From the IMG/VR virus record IMGVR_UViG_3300045988_158927, positions 25,629-89,628 of that record: a stretch of DNA of 64,000 nucleotides, one strand, 5' to 3'. Made by a program: the position numbers and the translations under genes. How positions within the stretch are numbered: position 1 is the stretch's first letter; each line of letters opens with the position of its first letter. This DNA comes from a virus. Positions 16,576 through 24,482 of the stretch are shown here, in pieces. The notes below the pieces were generated by a model. It was not told the DNA's origin. It made no database searches and saw nothing but the letters and a program-made list of their open reading frames with translations.

Positions 16576-16827
16576 ATGGATGAATACGAAAGAATTGCAA
16601 GAAAAATCGATGCTTGGGACGAAAGCGCGGTTAAGGAAACTCTTCAGTTTGTGTATAAGACTTTGCAAAGCGTTCAAACCGAGATGCTCGATCTAGGCAA
16701 GTATAGTGATGATGTAGAAACAGCGAGCTGTCTTTCAATGATCTTGCTTGATGCTTTGGATTTTGGAAGTATCTTGGTCTCTTCCAAGCGCAAGCAACCC
16801 AAAAGCAAGAATCTCAAAACGGAGTGA
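16576..16827 (+). CDS. array-A small helical protein
   Basis: MDEYERIARKIDAWDESAVKETLQFVYKTLQSV ... ASCLSMILLDALDFGSILV. Confidence 0.55.
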   Translation: MDEYERIARKIDAWDESAVKETLQFVYKTLQSVQTEMLDLGKYSDDVETASCLSMILLDALDFGSILVSSKRKQPKSKNLKTE

Positions 16828-16830
16828 ACA

Positions 16831-17445
16831 ATGAAAATTGAAGAATACACTGCGCTTACAGAATCCATCGATAAAGGTGAGGTAAGGGCGGTCTATAACG
16901 CGCTCAAATTCTCTGCCGGTGTCTTGGAAAACATTGGCAAGCAATTGCCGCCAGATGTCCGCCGAGAAGAGGTAGAGCAGGCTCTTTACCTTACATGGAG
17001 ATTGTGTGACGTGGTTATGTTCCATACCATGCCTGCGAGCTACTGGCGCGGTCCGGAAAAGCAGGAACAACGTCCGCCAGTAGCAGACGATGACGATTTC
17101 ATCACGCGGTCGAGTTATGAAGATCACTGGCAGAACAAGGGCCGGCAATTCTTTGAGGATTTAGCAAAGAACATCCGCGAACGTGAAGCCGGCGACAAAG
17201 TGAAGGGGGTAGAAGAAGACACCCAGAAGGCCAAGCAAGAGCGAGCCATTCTTGAGCGGAAGGCGGCCGCGTTCGATGAGATCGCCGGGGAAATTGTCGG
17301 CCTTTACCGTGCAGTTAATACGGTACGTGCATGCGTGGATGGCGACTGCGACCAGTATAAAGTTCATCTTGCGATGATTGACGCTATGTTTTCGCTTGGC
17401 GTCGTTGCGCAAATCATCGTAAAAACCAAAGAGGACGCGGCATGA
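16831..17445 (+). CDS. array-A N-terminal domain fused to a ~120-aa C-terminal extension
   Basis: MKIEEYTALTESIDKGEVRAVYNALKFSAGVLENI ... is followed by a charged coiled-coil-like tail. RBS GGAG. Confidence 0.6.
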   Translation: MKIEEYTALTESIDKGEVRAVYNALKFSAGVLENIGKQLPPDVRREEVEQALYLTWRLCDVVMFHTMPASYWRGPEKQEQRPPVADDDDFITRSSYEDHWQNKGRQFFEDLAKNIREREAGDKVKGVEEDTQKAKQERAILERKAAAFDEIAGEIVGLYRAVNTVRACVDGDCDQYKVHLAMIDAMFSLGVVAQIIVKTKEDAA

Positions 17446-17684
17446 TGGTAAAGATTCCTTACGACACTGAAGAATTGGCTTATGGAATTGCCACCGACGA
17501 CAAGAATTCCATGAAAGTAGCAATAAACATTGTTACTAGTGTGTTATTCCATGCCTCGAATAACAGTAGCTTGAGCGAAGAGGACAAAGATTCAATCAAA
17601 AAGGCATTCCGGATTGCTTCTGTGTTTCAGTGGTGGATAGATAACGAAATGGTTCAGGTTCAAATGAAATGGGAGGATCAATAA
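17442..17684 (+). CDS. array-A small helical protein
   Basis: YDTEELAYGIATDDKNSMKVAINIVTSVL ... Has an ATGA overlap. Confidence 0.55.
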   Translation: MMVKIPYDTEELAYGIATDDKNSMKVAINIVTSVLFHASNNSSLSEEDKDSIKKAFRIASVFQWWIDNEMVQVQMKWEDQ

Positions 17685-17839
17685 TGCTCAACAAAGACGA
17701 ACTTGAAAAGCTCTACTCGCAACTGATCGAGGTCCGGCGTCATGGCGACATTGCGAAACTGAATGCAGCCATTCAGCTAGTGGCCATGGCCCTTGGCGAA
17801 TCAATTTCTACGAGCGACGAATGGGCGAGCGAGAGTTAA
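17684..17839 (+). CDS. truncated array-A-like small protein (51 aa)
   Basis: Not in the track. TAATG overlap. MLNKDELEKLYSQLIEVRRHGDIAKLNAAIQLVAMAL matches only the first half of the family. Confidence 0.4.
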   Translation: MLNKDELEKLYSQLIEVRRHGDIAKLNAAIQLVAMALGESISTSDEWASES

Positions 17840-18132
17840 TCACGCAGCACGCTATCTACGTCATCGCCCGGGCCGTGAACATCATGCAATCACGGCCACG
17901 CGATGAATGGAAAAGCGCCATGGCGGCAGATATCAGCGATAACGAAGGGCTGCCGTTCCAGCCCGTCACGTTCACGGAAGGGATGGCCGATGCGATGATC
18001 TCTTGGCTTCGGTCAGCCGACACCAAATGGTTTGACCTTCTTTCTGAAACAACAAAATTCCTGAAGCAATCCTATGCAAACACGTCCCCATCAGTATCTG
18101 GAAGCAACCCCGGAGATTCTGGCGGCGCTTGA
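17821..18132 (+). CDS. hypothetical protein
   Basis: Track ORF. Overlaps its neighbours by 19 nt and 59 nt, so the boundaries are uncertain. Confidence 0.45.
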   Translation: MGERELITQHAIYVIARAVNIMQSRPRDEWKSAMAADISDNEGLPFQPVTFTEGMADAMISWLRSADTKWFDLLSETTKFLKQSYANTSPSVSGSNPGDSGGA

Positions 18133-18562
18133 TGAATCAGCCCGCGTCTATCGTGGCGTCCCCCCGGCATTCGCCCTTTGGATTGAGCGCCTCGACGATG
18201 ACGCGATGATGGATGCCGTCGATTGCGTCTATGTCACGCGGGCATGTGCGCGTGAGCTGGCCGTCGATCCGCTGAACGTCGCGTCCGTCATGAATCAATC
18301 AGACCGCTACGGCGCGCTGGATCAGTGGATCAACCGGCAGGGGATGGCGCTAGTGGCCATGGCTGCGCTGGCAGACGGGCATGAGTACGCGCTACGATGG
18401 GTCCATCCGGACGATGTGGCTGGGGTGAAACGCCAGATTGACAAACTCAAGGGCAACCCGTACCATACATACACTTTCCAAGACGCCATAGAGGCAACAT
18501 CCCACCATGAAACGTATTCTTCCCCTGATCCTGATCCTGCCCGCGCTGGCCTCGGCCGGTGA
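18074..18562 (+). CDS. hypothetical protein
   Basis: Track ORF. No motif recognised. Confidence 0.5.
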   Translation: MQTRPHQYLEATPEILAALDESARVYRGVPPAFALWIERLDDDAMMDAVDCVYVTRACARELAVDPLNVASVMNQSDRYGALDQWINRQGMALVAMAALADGHEYALRWVHPDDVAGVKRQIDKLKGNPYHTYTFQDAIEATSHHETYSSPDPDPARAGLGR

Positions 18563-18752
18563 ATACGAGAAACTGACCGCCAGCGAGCAACAAGAGGCCG
18601 CACTGATGTGCCGTCTCTATCAGCCGGACACGGCTGATATGTCAGACTGCCTCGAATCCCGCGCATCGATGCTGTTGCTTGTGCGCGAGGTTGCCGAGGC
18701 ATACGAGCAATGCCTGAAGTCCGGCTACGCAGACTGCGAGCGCCGTATCTGA
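18507..18752 (+). CDS. small secreted Cys-containing protein
   Basis: MKRILPLILILPALASA-GE gives a signal peptide. The mature part has four Cys. Confidence 0.5.
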   Translation: MKRILPLILILPALASAGEYEKLTASEQQEAALMCRLYQPDTADMSDCLESRASMLLLVREVAEAYEQCLKSGYADCERRI

Positions 18753-18777
18753 TCAATCCCACGAACAAGGAACAATC

Positions 18778-19497
18778 ATGCTCTCCTTCAAACCCAAATT
18801 CAACTATTTCATTCAGGACATTATCATTTCTGACGTGACGCTTGAAAAAATCCGCGTCGGCAGCATCAAAGTGCCCGGACTGAACCATAAGCAGTTTATG
18901 GGCATGTCTCTCTCTTCCATTGGAAACACGGTTGCAGATCATTACGGAGAATTGATGAAAACCTATAGTCAAGACGAGCCGTCGTGGATGTCCGTTATCT
19001 ACGATACGGACGCCATTCCCTACGTTTCGATGGATAACGCATGGCGTGCAGCCGGATGGCATGATTACGTATTGACCGCTGGGGAGATCGCGTCAGATTC
19101 GCGGATCGGGCAAGCCGAGATGATCGGAAAAACCAATCTCGGGAAAACGAATGTCTACCTCGTAACCGAGTTTTCCAGCATCGATGCCCCGATGGTGGCC
19201 CGCGCAATCAATCACGCTTGCAACGTCATCCCCGGCTTTGAGCCGATTGCGCAGGGATATCGTGTGTCAATGGCAAGCACGCTTGTCGATGCACTGGAAA
19301 CTCTGAACGAACGTCACTATGTCGGTGTCGCGCTACGAGACCCAAGCGACGAAGACCGGCGGATGATGAAGGCGGCGCGTGTGCGATTTTTCGATACCAC
19401 AGACATACACGGTGAATCCGTCGTCATCATTGGATACAACACAATCCCGAATCCGTTCATTAAGCACGATCTTCAGGCCGTGGCGAAATACTTCTGA
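18778..19497 (+). CDS. hypothetical protein
   Basis: Track ORF with RBS AAGGAA. Confidence 0.6.
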   Translation: MLSFKPKFNYFIQDIIISDVTLEKIRVGSIKVPGLNHKQFMGMSLSSIGNTVADHYGELMKTYSQDEPSWMSVIYDTDAIPYVSMDNAWRAAGWHDYVLTAGEIASDSRIGQAEMIGKTNLGKTNVYLVTEFSSIDAPMVARAINHACNVIPGFEPIAQGYRVSMASTLVDALETLNERHYVGVALRDPSDEDRRMMKAARVRFFDTTDIHGESVVIIGYNTIPNPFIKHDLQAVAKYF

Positions 19498-19507
19498 GGA
19501 AACAACA

Positions 19508-19678
19508 ATGAACATCCTTCTCTTCTTCGCATTCTGGGCCGTCTGCACTGTGTGGGTTGTCGGATTCTGCACGGAAAAATTGGTCAACCTGCCGAAGGAC
19601 TGGGCGACGATCACGGCTTCGGCTCTTCTCGCACTCTGCTTGGCTTTCTGCCTGTTTGTCATCGCGGAGATTTTCTGA
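19508..19678 (+). CDS. small membrane protein (2 TM, 56 aa)
   Basis: The 3' part of track ORF 19379-19678 from ATG 19508. MNILLFFAFWAVCTVWVVGF ... ASALLALCLAFCLFVIAEIF. Confidence 0.5.
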   Translation: MNILLFFAFWAVCTVWVVGFCTEKLVNLPKDWATITASALLALCLAFCLFVIAEIF

Positions 19679-19679
19679 T

Positions 19680-19862
19680 ATGGACTTGATCATCTTCCTG
19701 TTCGTTGGCGTCACGGTCTTCTTTTTCGCCAATGTCAACGTGACGCTGCAACCCGGTGAAAGCCCGAGGGATGCCGTGCGGTACGAGATCGCGGGGAAAG
19801 TCATTGTTGCCGTCATCGCGGCGTTCGCAGCGGTCGGCTTCTTCTCGATCATCAATCTGTAA
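19680..19862 (+). CDS. small membrane protein (2 TM, 60 aa)
   Basis: ATG 19680. MDLIIFLFVGVTVFFFA ... VIVAVIAAFAAVGFFSIINL. Confidence 0.5.
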   Translation: MDLIIFLFVGVTVFFFANVNVTLQPGESPRDAVRYEIAGKVIVAVIAAFAAVGFFSIINL

Positions 19863-19871
19863 TCGGCCAAG

Positions 19872-19895
19872 GGCGCGCAATTGCGCGCCTGTTTT
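19872..19895 (+). terminator. rho-independent terminator
   Basis: GGCGCGC (19872-19878), loop AATT, GCGCGCC (19883-19889), followed by TGTTTT. Confidence 0.6.
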
Positions 19896-19907
19896 GGAGG
19901 AATCGTG

Positions 19908-20105
19908 ATGATTTACATCTACGCGGCTTGCGTTCTGTCATTGATCGGCGCGTTTACGGCGCGGCAGGTTAAGCGTGCCTTGAGCTATGAGAAAGGCGCA
20001 TCGTGGCAGTATTACCTTCTTTGCCTTGTGAAAGACGCGGCTGAAGTGGCGCTGTTCTCGTTCGCTATCGTTGAGCTGCTGGACTACGTAAAAGTAGCGG
20101 CATGA
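19908..20105 (+). CDS. small membrane protein (65 aa)
   Basis: Track ORF 19881-20105 trimmed to ATG 19908, which lies after the terminator. It has two hydrophobic helices. Confidence 0.5.
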   Translation: MIYIYAACVLSLIGAFTARQVKRALSYEKGASWQYYLLCLVKDAAEVALFSFAIVELLDYVKVAA

Positions 20106-20118
20106 TGGATGGTCAGCG

Positions 20119-20346
20119 ATGAAAACAAGCGATCTTCGTGAATTTTGGGATGCCTTTGGTCCGGTAATCATAGTTTTCGGGCCAACTCTTGTCTTTTATT
20201 TGTTTTTGGCATGGGTAGCAGTAACAAAGACGCCTAATGAAACTCATGTTTCAAAATCACACAATGCCACAGATCGCCATGTGACGTCATGTGCGACGAT
20301 ACGGGTAAATGTCGAGAATGGGCGAATTGTTGAGGGGCGGCAATGA
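20119..20346 (+). CDS. small membrane protein (75 aa)
   Basis: Track ORF with the helix GPVIIVFGPTLVFYLFLAWVAV. Confidence 0.5.
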   Translation: MKTSDLREFWDAFGPVIIVFGPTLVFYLFLAWVAVTKTPNETHVSKSHNATDRHVTSCATIRVNVENGRIVEGRQ

Positions 20347-20576
20347 ATATGCCGCCACGTTGGAAGATAGAAGATGCAATACTGAATTGCGTGTCCTATG
20401 CGTTCGTTGTTGCATTTTTCTCTCTTCCGATCATCGTGTTACTTTTCGTAAGTGACGCACCAAAACCGCCCGAATGTCTGGTCCAAACAACCGAACGCGG
20501 AAACCGCTTGCATATCGTGCTGGATTGCCCTATGATTCCTTCATCCGCTCTCGAAGCACCCACCGATGAGAAGTGA
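20343..20576 (+). CDS. small membrane protein (77 aa)
   Basis: Track ORF with the helix VSYAFVVAFFSLPIIVLLFV and an ATGA overlap. Confidence 0.5.
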   Translation: MNMPPRWKIEDAILNCVSYAFVVAFFSLPIIVLLFVSDAPKPPECLVQTTERGNRLHIVLDCPMIPSSALEAPTDEK

Positions 20577-20648
20577 CACGGCTTTTGCGGCCTTCGCTCT
20601 GGCCGCCACACTCATCTTTCAATCCCTCATCCTTTGCGAGTTACTCAA

Positions 20649-20741
20649 ATGATCATCAGCGAAATTCCCACGATTGGCGAGATCGTCCTCGGCCTTGTCG
20701 GCATCTTTGTCCTTTTCTTTTGGTTTGGGGAGGAATTGTGA
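20649..20741 (+). CDS. mini membrane peptide (30 aa)
   Basis: Not in the track. MIISEIPTIGEIVLGLVGIFVLFFWFGEEL. Its TGA overlaps the ATG of the next gene. Confidence 0.3.
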   Translation: MIISEIPTIGEIVLGLVGIFVLFFWFGEEL

Positions 20742-21358
20742 TGCTGGCTGATTCGATGAGATGGGCCGTTTCTAACGAAGAATCCCCTTATTTGGAGGGG
20801 AAAGGGCTTGGCGGCATTCTTCGGTTTAATGCCGATTCTGAACTTTCGTTTCTTGACATTGATTTGCGTGGCGTCAATCTGTCTTTTAGGCAAGAGGAAG
20901 ATATTTTCCGCCTGATAGACCGTGCGCGCAATGTCTTCGTGATTACGTCGAATCAGATATACAGATTCAACGGGTTAAAGCGAATCGATTTTCTGCACAG
21001 ATGCTCAAGCACGAAGAAAGGCACAAGAGTTACGCAAGTTTGGTTTGATGGAGATTGCATCGATGAAATCTGGAAGCGCGTCGTCCGGATCATGGATGCA
21101 AACAGTACGGCAGTCCGGGATATTGTGGACGTAATGGGGTATACGCAAGGAATCAACGTCTATACCACGCACATCAAATCGCAAGCGGATGTTACAAACA
21201 TCCGTGTCCCTGACGGCGAGCGAGTGTACCTGCACGATGTCCAGATCAAGGAAGACGGCACCGCAAGCGGGTCCATTGTCCATGCCGACAAGGATTTTTA
21301 TATTCCATCATCAACCGTAGAGATGTTCAAAGCAATCGGGGAAATCAATGCAAAATAA
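20741..21358 (+). CDS. hypothetical protein
   Basis: Track ORF 20573-21358 trimmed to ATG 20741. The upstream part is Arg/Pro-rich noise. Confidence 0.55.
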   Translation: MLADSMRWAVSNEESPYLEGKGLGGILRFNADSELSFLDIDLRGVNLSFRQEEDIFRLIDRARNVFVITSNQIYRFNGLKRIDFLHRCSSTKKGTRVTQVWFDGDCIDEIWKRVVRIMDANSTAVRDIVDVMGYTQGINVYTTHIKSQADVTNIRVPDGERVYLHDVQIKEDGTASGSIVHADKDFYIPSSTVEMFKAIGEINAK

Positions 21359-22073
21359 ACCACAATACATGGACCGATACTTCATCAGTCCTTTTGCAAT
21401 CCGTTTCAATTTCCAACCGCCTGAAGGCTTCCTGACCGATAAGGACGTTTTCAATTCCTACGGCCTCGAAGTCTTGGGGGGATACTGGAAGGCTGGTGCC
21501 GATCCTGATGTGGGTGCTTTCAAAAATCGCGTGTATGAGCGCATTGCCTATAACGAACGGCTGACCATGGACATCGGCGTCAATGCACCGATTGTGGCAG
21601 CCGTTATGACCGTCAGCAGTAATCGCACAGTGCCTCAATGGATGAAGCGAGGTATTGTTTTCTTCAACGATATCGACGATTTGCCGAAGGCATGGCAGAA
21701 GAACGTTGCCAGCACGACAGGCTGCGATGCTGGCGGAATCGCATGGAAGGGCGGCAAGCTTGGTGAGCTGCTGAATGATGCGAATGATTTGCTTCGTTCG
21801 GATGAATTCTACGGAATCGAAGATATCACCATGAGCCCCGAGGATGTCAAAGCGACCGGGATTAAGGCAAAATTCGGCTGGCTGAGTGACGCCAAAGAGG
21901 CCAAGAAGGCAATGTCTCTACGCAAGGGATGGTCAATGCGCCTCAAGGTTGCTGCCAGCGACGGCCATTTTGGCGGCGAGTTTCTGAAGGCAAAAGGCGT
22001 CCAGATCACGGACAATAACGAGGCGCTGATTCAAGCGTTTGCATCCCAATATGGAGAATTCGATGAGCAATGA
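21348..22073 (+). CDS. hypothetical protein upstream of recT
   Basis: Track ORF that overlaps the recT start. No nuclease motif recognised. Confidence 0.6.
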   Translation: MQNKPQYMDRYFISPFAIRFNFQPPEGFLTDKDVFNSYGLEVLGGYWKAGADPDVGAFKNRVYERIAYNERLTMDIGVNAPIVAAVMTVSSNRTVPQWMKRGIVFFNDIDDLPKAWQKNVASTTGCDAGGIAWKGGKLGELLNDANDLLRSDEFYGIEDITMSPEDVKATGIKAKFGWLSDAKEAKKAMSLRKGWSMRLKVAASDGHFGGEFLKAKGVQITDNNEALIQAFASQYGEFDEQ

Positions 22074-23088
22074 ACTTGCGGTCCAGCAGTCCGAATATGC
22101 TGTTCTGAACATGCCGCAAAGCACGGCAATCGCCACACTGAAGGCGTCGCTCTACCCCGGCGCCAGTGACGAAAGCGTTATCAACGTGCTGGAATACTGC
22201 CGCGCCGCGAAGCTGGACCCGATGCAGCGGCCTGTCCATATCGTGCCCATGTGGGACGCCAAGACAGGAAAAACCCGGGACACAATCATGCCCGGGGTGA
22301 ACTTCCACCTAACAGCAGCCGAGCGTAACGGCTGCGCGGGCATCGGTGAGCCGGAGTATGGTCCGGATGTTACGGAGGTTCTGGGCGAAGAGAGGATTAC
22401 CTATCCTGCATGGTGCAAGGTCAAAGTTTTGCGTCTGATCGATGGCGGCCGCATCGCTGAGTTTGTCGGATATGAGCGGTTCACTGAATGCGTCAGCACT
22501 AATAAAAAGGGCACGCCTAACGCCATGTGGAAGAAGCGCCCTTATGGGATGCTGGCCAAATGCGCTATGTCGCAAGCCCTTCGCAAGGGGTTTCCGTCTG
22601 TCGCTGGCGCGTACACGGCCGAGGAAATGGTGGGCAAGACGATTGGTGAAGACGACTATGACGGCTTCGTGGTCGATGAATCGGAAGCTGCCAAGCCTTC
22701 TCCTACGGCCGGAATCAAGACGAAATCCGAGGCTGCCGCCGAGAAAAAACGCGCCACGAAGGCTAAGGAAATCGTCGAGGCCGCACGTACCGGCGAGGCC
22801 GTGTCTGATGTCATCGAGGACGTGGAGTTTGTCGAAGCCGTTGCGGAGGCTTCAGCCGAAGCGGCGCCACCACCTGAACCCGCGAAGACCGAGAAGAAGC
22901 GGGAATACCTTCCCCAAGCAGTCCGGCCGTTCGGGGAGTCGCTCTACAACCAGCACGTCAAGCCGATTCTGGGCAAATGGACAGACCGCACGCTTCTCGA
23001 TCACTTCGGTCTGAACTATGAAAAGATCATGGATATCCCGCTGGAAGAAGCCCGCAACATCATGCGATTCCTGTGCGATGAACAATGA
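22063..23088 (+). CDS. recT: RecT-family single-strand annealing protein with C-terminal extension
   Basis: The N-terminal ~210 aa are RecT-like (VINVLEYCRAAKLDPMQRPVHIVPMWD ... MWKKRPYGMLAKCAMSQALRKGFP). They are followed by an Ala/Glu/Lys-rich linker and an extra ~60-aa C-terminal domain. Confidence 0.8.
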   Translation: MSNELAVQQSEYAVLNMPQSTAIATLKASLYPGASDESVINVLEYCRAAKLDPMQRPVHIVPMWDAKTGKTRDTIMPGVNFHLTAAERNGCAGIGEPEYGPDVTEVLGEERITYPAWCKVKVLRLIDGGRIAEFVGYERFTECVSTNKKGTPNAMWKKRPYGMLAKCAMSQALRKGFPSVAGAYTAEEMVGKTIGEDDYDGFVVDESEAAKPSPTAGIKTKSEAAAEKKRATKAKEIVEAARTGEAVSDVIEDVEFVEAVAEASAEAAPPPEPAKTEKKREYLPQAVRPFGESLYNQHVKPILGKWTDRTLLDHFGLNYEKIMDIPLEEARNIMRFLCDEQ

Positions 23089-23109
23089 GCATCAGCATGC
23101 GCTAACTCA

Positions 23110-23138
23110 TTGACATAATAGGCGGAAACCATTACATT
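23110..23138 (+). promoter_or_regulatory. sigma70-like promoter (TTGACA-17 nt-TACATT)
   Basis: -35 at 23110-23115 and -10 at 23133-23138, upstream of the XRE gene. Confidence 0.6.
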
Positions 23139-23172
23139 GATACGGTCTCATATCATTTGTTAATGGTTTCCG
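23123..23172 (+). promoter_or_regulatory. perfect 12-bp inverted repeat spanning promoter and RBS (operator candidate)
   Basis: CGGAAACCATTA (23123-23134) and TAATGGTTTCCG (23161-23172), separated by 26 nt. The left arm overlaps the spacer and -10, and the right arm ends 1 nt before ATG 23174. Confidence 0.55.
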
Positions 23173-23173
23173 T

Positions 23174-23749
23174 ATGGACCTTGTTTCAATCGGCAAGCGG
23201 TTTTCTGAAGCGCGCAAGATGTGCGACCTCACTACAACCGCTGCCGCCAAACTGATCGGCGCAAAGAATTCTGTCCACCTGATGCGGATCGAAGCCGGGG
23301 AGATTGCGCCTTCTCTTGAGTACGTCATTCTTTGCTCACGCGCCTATAGCGTGACAACCGATTTCCTTCTCTGTCAATCGTCCGACTTCGAGTTTGACCA
23401 GAATTTCCGCGAAGACCGGGACGTTAGCGCCTGTCTGTTTGAGTACTGGGAGAGAACCAGAAAGCGCGACCTTTGCGCCATTCGGTCCGTGAGCGACCAA
23501 ATCCACAAGATCAAGGAGAGCACCGAGGAACTGGCATCGGTGGTCGATAGCATTGCGCTTGCATTCCAGCAATTCGCGTCCGATAACCCCGAGTTTGAAG
23601 ACATGCGCAACGGCGCGAAACTTCAAGCCCGTATCTATGGCGGCCGTGAAAAGGTCTCGAATGTGCGCCTAAAAATCCGACGGTTTGAGTACGCCGGCGA
23701 GAAGGCCACCGAGTATCTCAATGACGAATTGGGCCGCAATTCGCCTTGA
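23174..23749 (+). CDS. XRE-family helix-turn-helix regulator with ~120-aa C-terminal domain
   Basis: IGKRFSEARKMCDLTTTAAAKLIGAKNSVHLMRIEAGEIAPSLEYVILCSRAYSVTTDFLL is a typical Cro/C1-type HTH. Confidence 0.75.
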   Translation: MDLVSIGKRFSEARKMCDLTTTAAAKLIGAKNSVHLMRIEAGEIAPSLEYVILCSRAYSVTTDFLLCQSSDFEFDQNFREDRDVSACLFEYWERTRKRDLCAIRSVSDQIHKIKESTEELASVVDSIALAFQQFASDNPEFEDMRNGAKLQARIYGGREKVSNVRLKIRRFEYAGEKATEYLNDELGRNSP

Positions 23750-24482
23750 ATGGGAACTGTCCCCCAGATATGGAAGCCGGTGGATTGCAGAGAAATACGG
23801 TCTACGCCGCTCTGATGTCCACCGGCATTACGTTTCTGAGGGCTGGAAGAAGTTCAAGGAACGCTTTACGCAGGCACTACCTGAAGAGGTTATAGATTCG
23901 ATCATGGCCAAGCGCGACGACGAGGAACCGGACGAGATCAACACTTTTCCCGATGACGTTCTGTCAGTGGGAGGGAAATACGTGCCCGGCATGCACAAGG
24001 TCGCCTATAAGATCGGCCTGTTAGGTGGCACGCTCAAGGATTTGGCCGACGCTTTCGACGTGGCCGAAGGTACTGTGGTCCGGTGGTGCAAGGAACATCA
24101 GGAATTCGGGGAGGCTGTCAAGCGCGCCCGGATGCTGGCTGATGCAAACGTGGCGCATTCCCTGTTCAAACGGGCGATGGGCTACCAGATAACAGAAATG
24201 AAAGTGGTGAATACGCAGAACGGGCCGGAAGTTTTCCCCATTGAAAAGGACGTGCTACCGGACGTGGCCGCTATCAAATTCTGGCTGACAAACAGGCAGC
24301 CCCATCTTTGGAAAGATAAGGTTGAGGTAAGGGAGGAAGTAACCTTCAACGCCGCCAACCTTGAGAGGCAGCTAGAGGGCGTGTACGAGCGCGTTACCGA
24401 AGAGATCGAAGAGAAGCAGCGCGCCATTGAAGGACGGGCAGCGCGCCTTGGCTTTGACGTTGAAGATATCGAGGTGAAGTGA
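23721..24482 (+). CDS. terminase small subunit
   Basis: ATG 23721 (the track starts at TTG 23685). It has an HTH-like segment (LKDLADAFDVAEGTVVRWCKEHQEFGEAVKRAR) followed by SLFKRAMGY, as in phage small terminases, and sits directly upstream of TerL. Confidence 0.65.
   Translation: MTNWAAIRLEWELSPRYGSRWIAEKYGLRRSDVHRHYVSEGWKKFKERFTQALPEEVIDSIMAKRDDEEPDEINTFPDDVLSVGGKYVPGMHKVAYKIGLLGGTLKDLADAFDVAEGTVVRWCKEHQEFGEAVKRARMLADANVAHSLFKRAMGYQITEMKVVNTQNGPEVFPIEKDVLPDVAAIKFWLTNRQPHLWKDKVEVREEVTFNAANLERQLEGVYERVTEEIEEKQRAIEGRAARLGFDVEDIEVK

Noticed and set aside
17821-18562. The 59-nt overlap between 17821-18132 and 18074-18562 as a programmed frameshift.
   Set aside because: No slippery sequence or family precedent was visible. 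The overlap is more simply explained by uncertain start choice.
22442-23014. Alternative-frame + strand ORFs with Arg/Ser/Pro-rich products (22442-23014, 34511-35029, 3137-3617, 13191-13514, 12203-12490, 55729-56025).
   Set aside because: They overlap genes with clear motifs or better context in another frame, and their composition is typical of out-of-frame translation of GC-rich genes.
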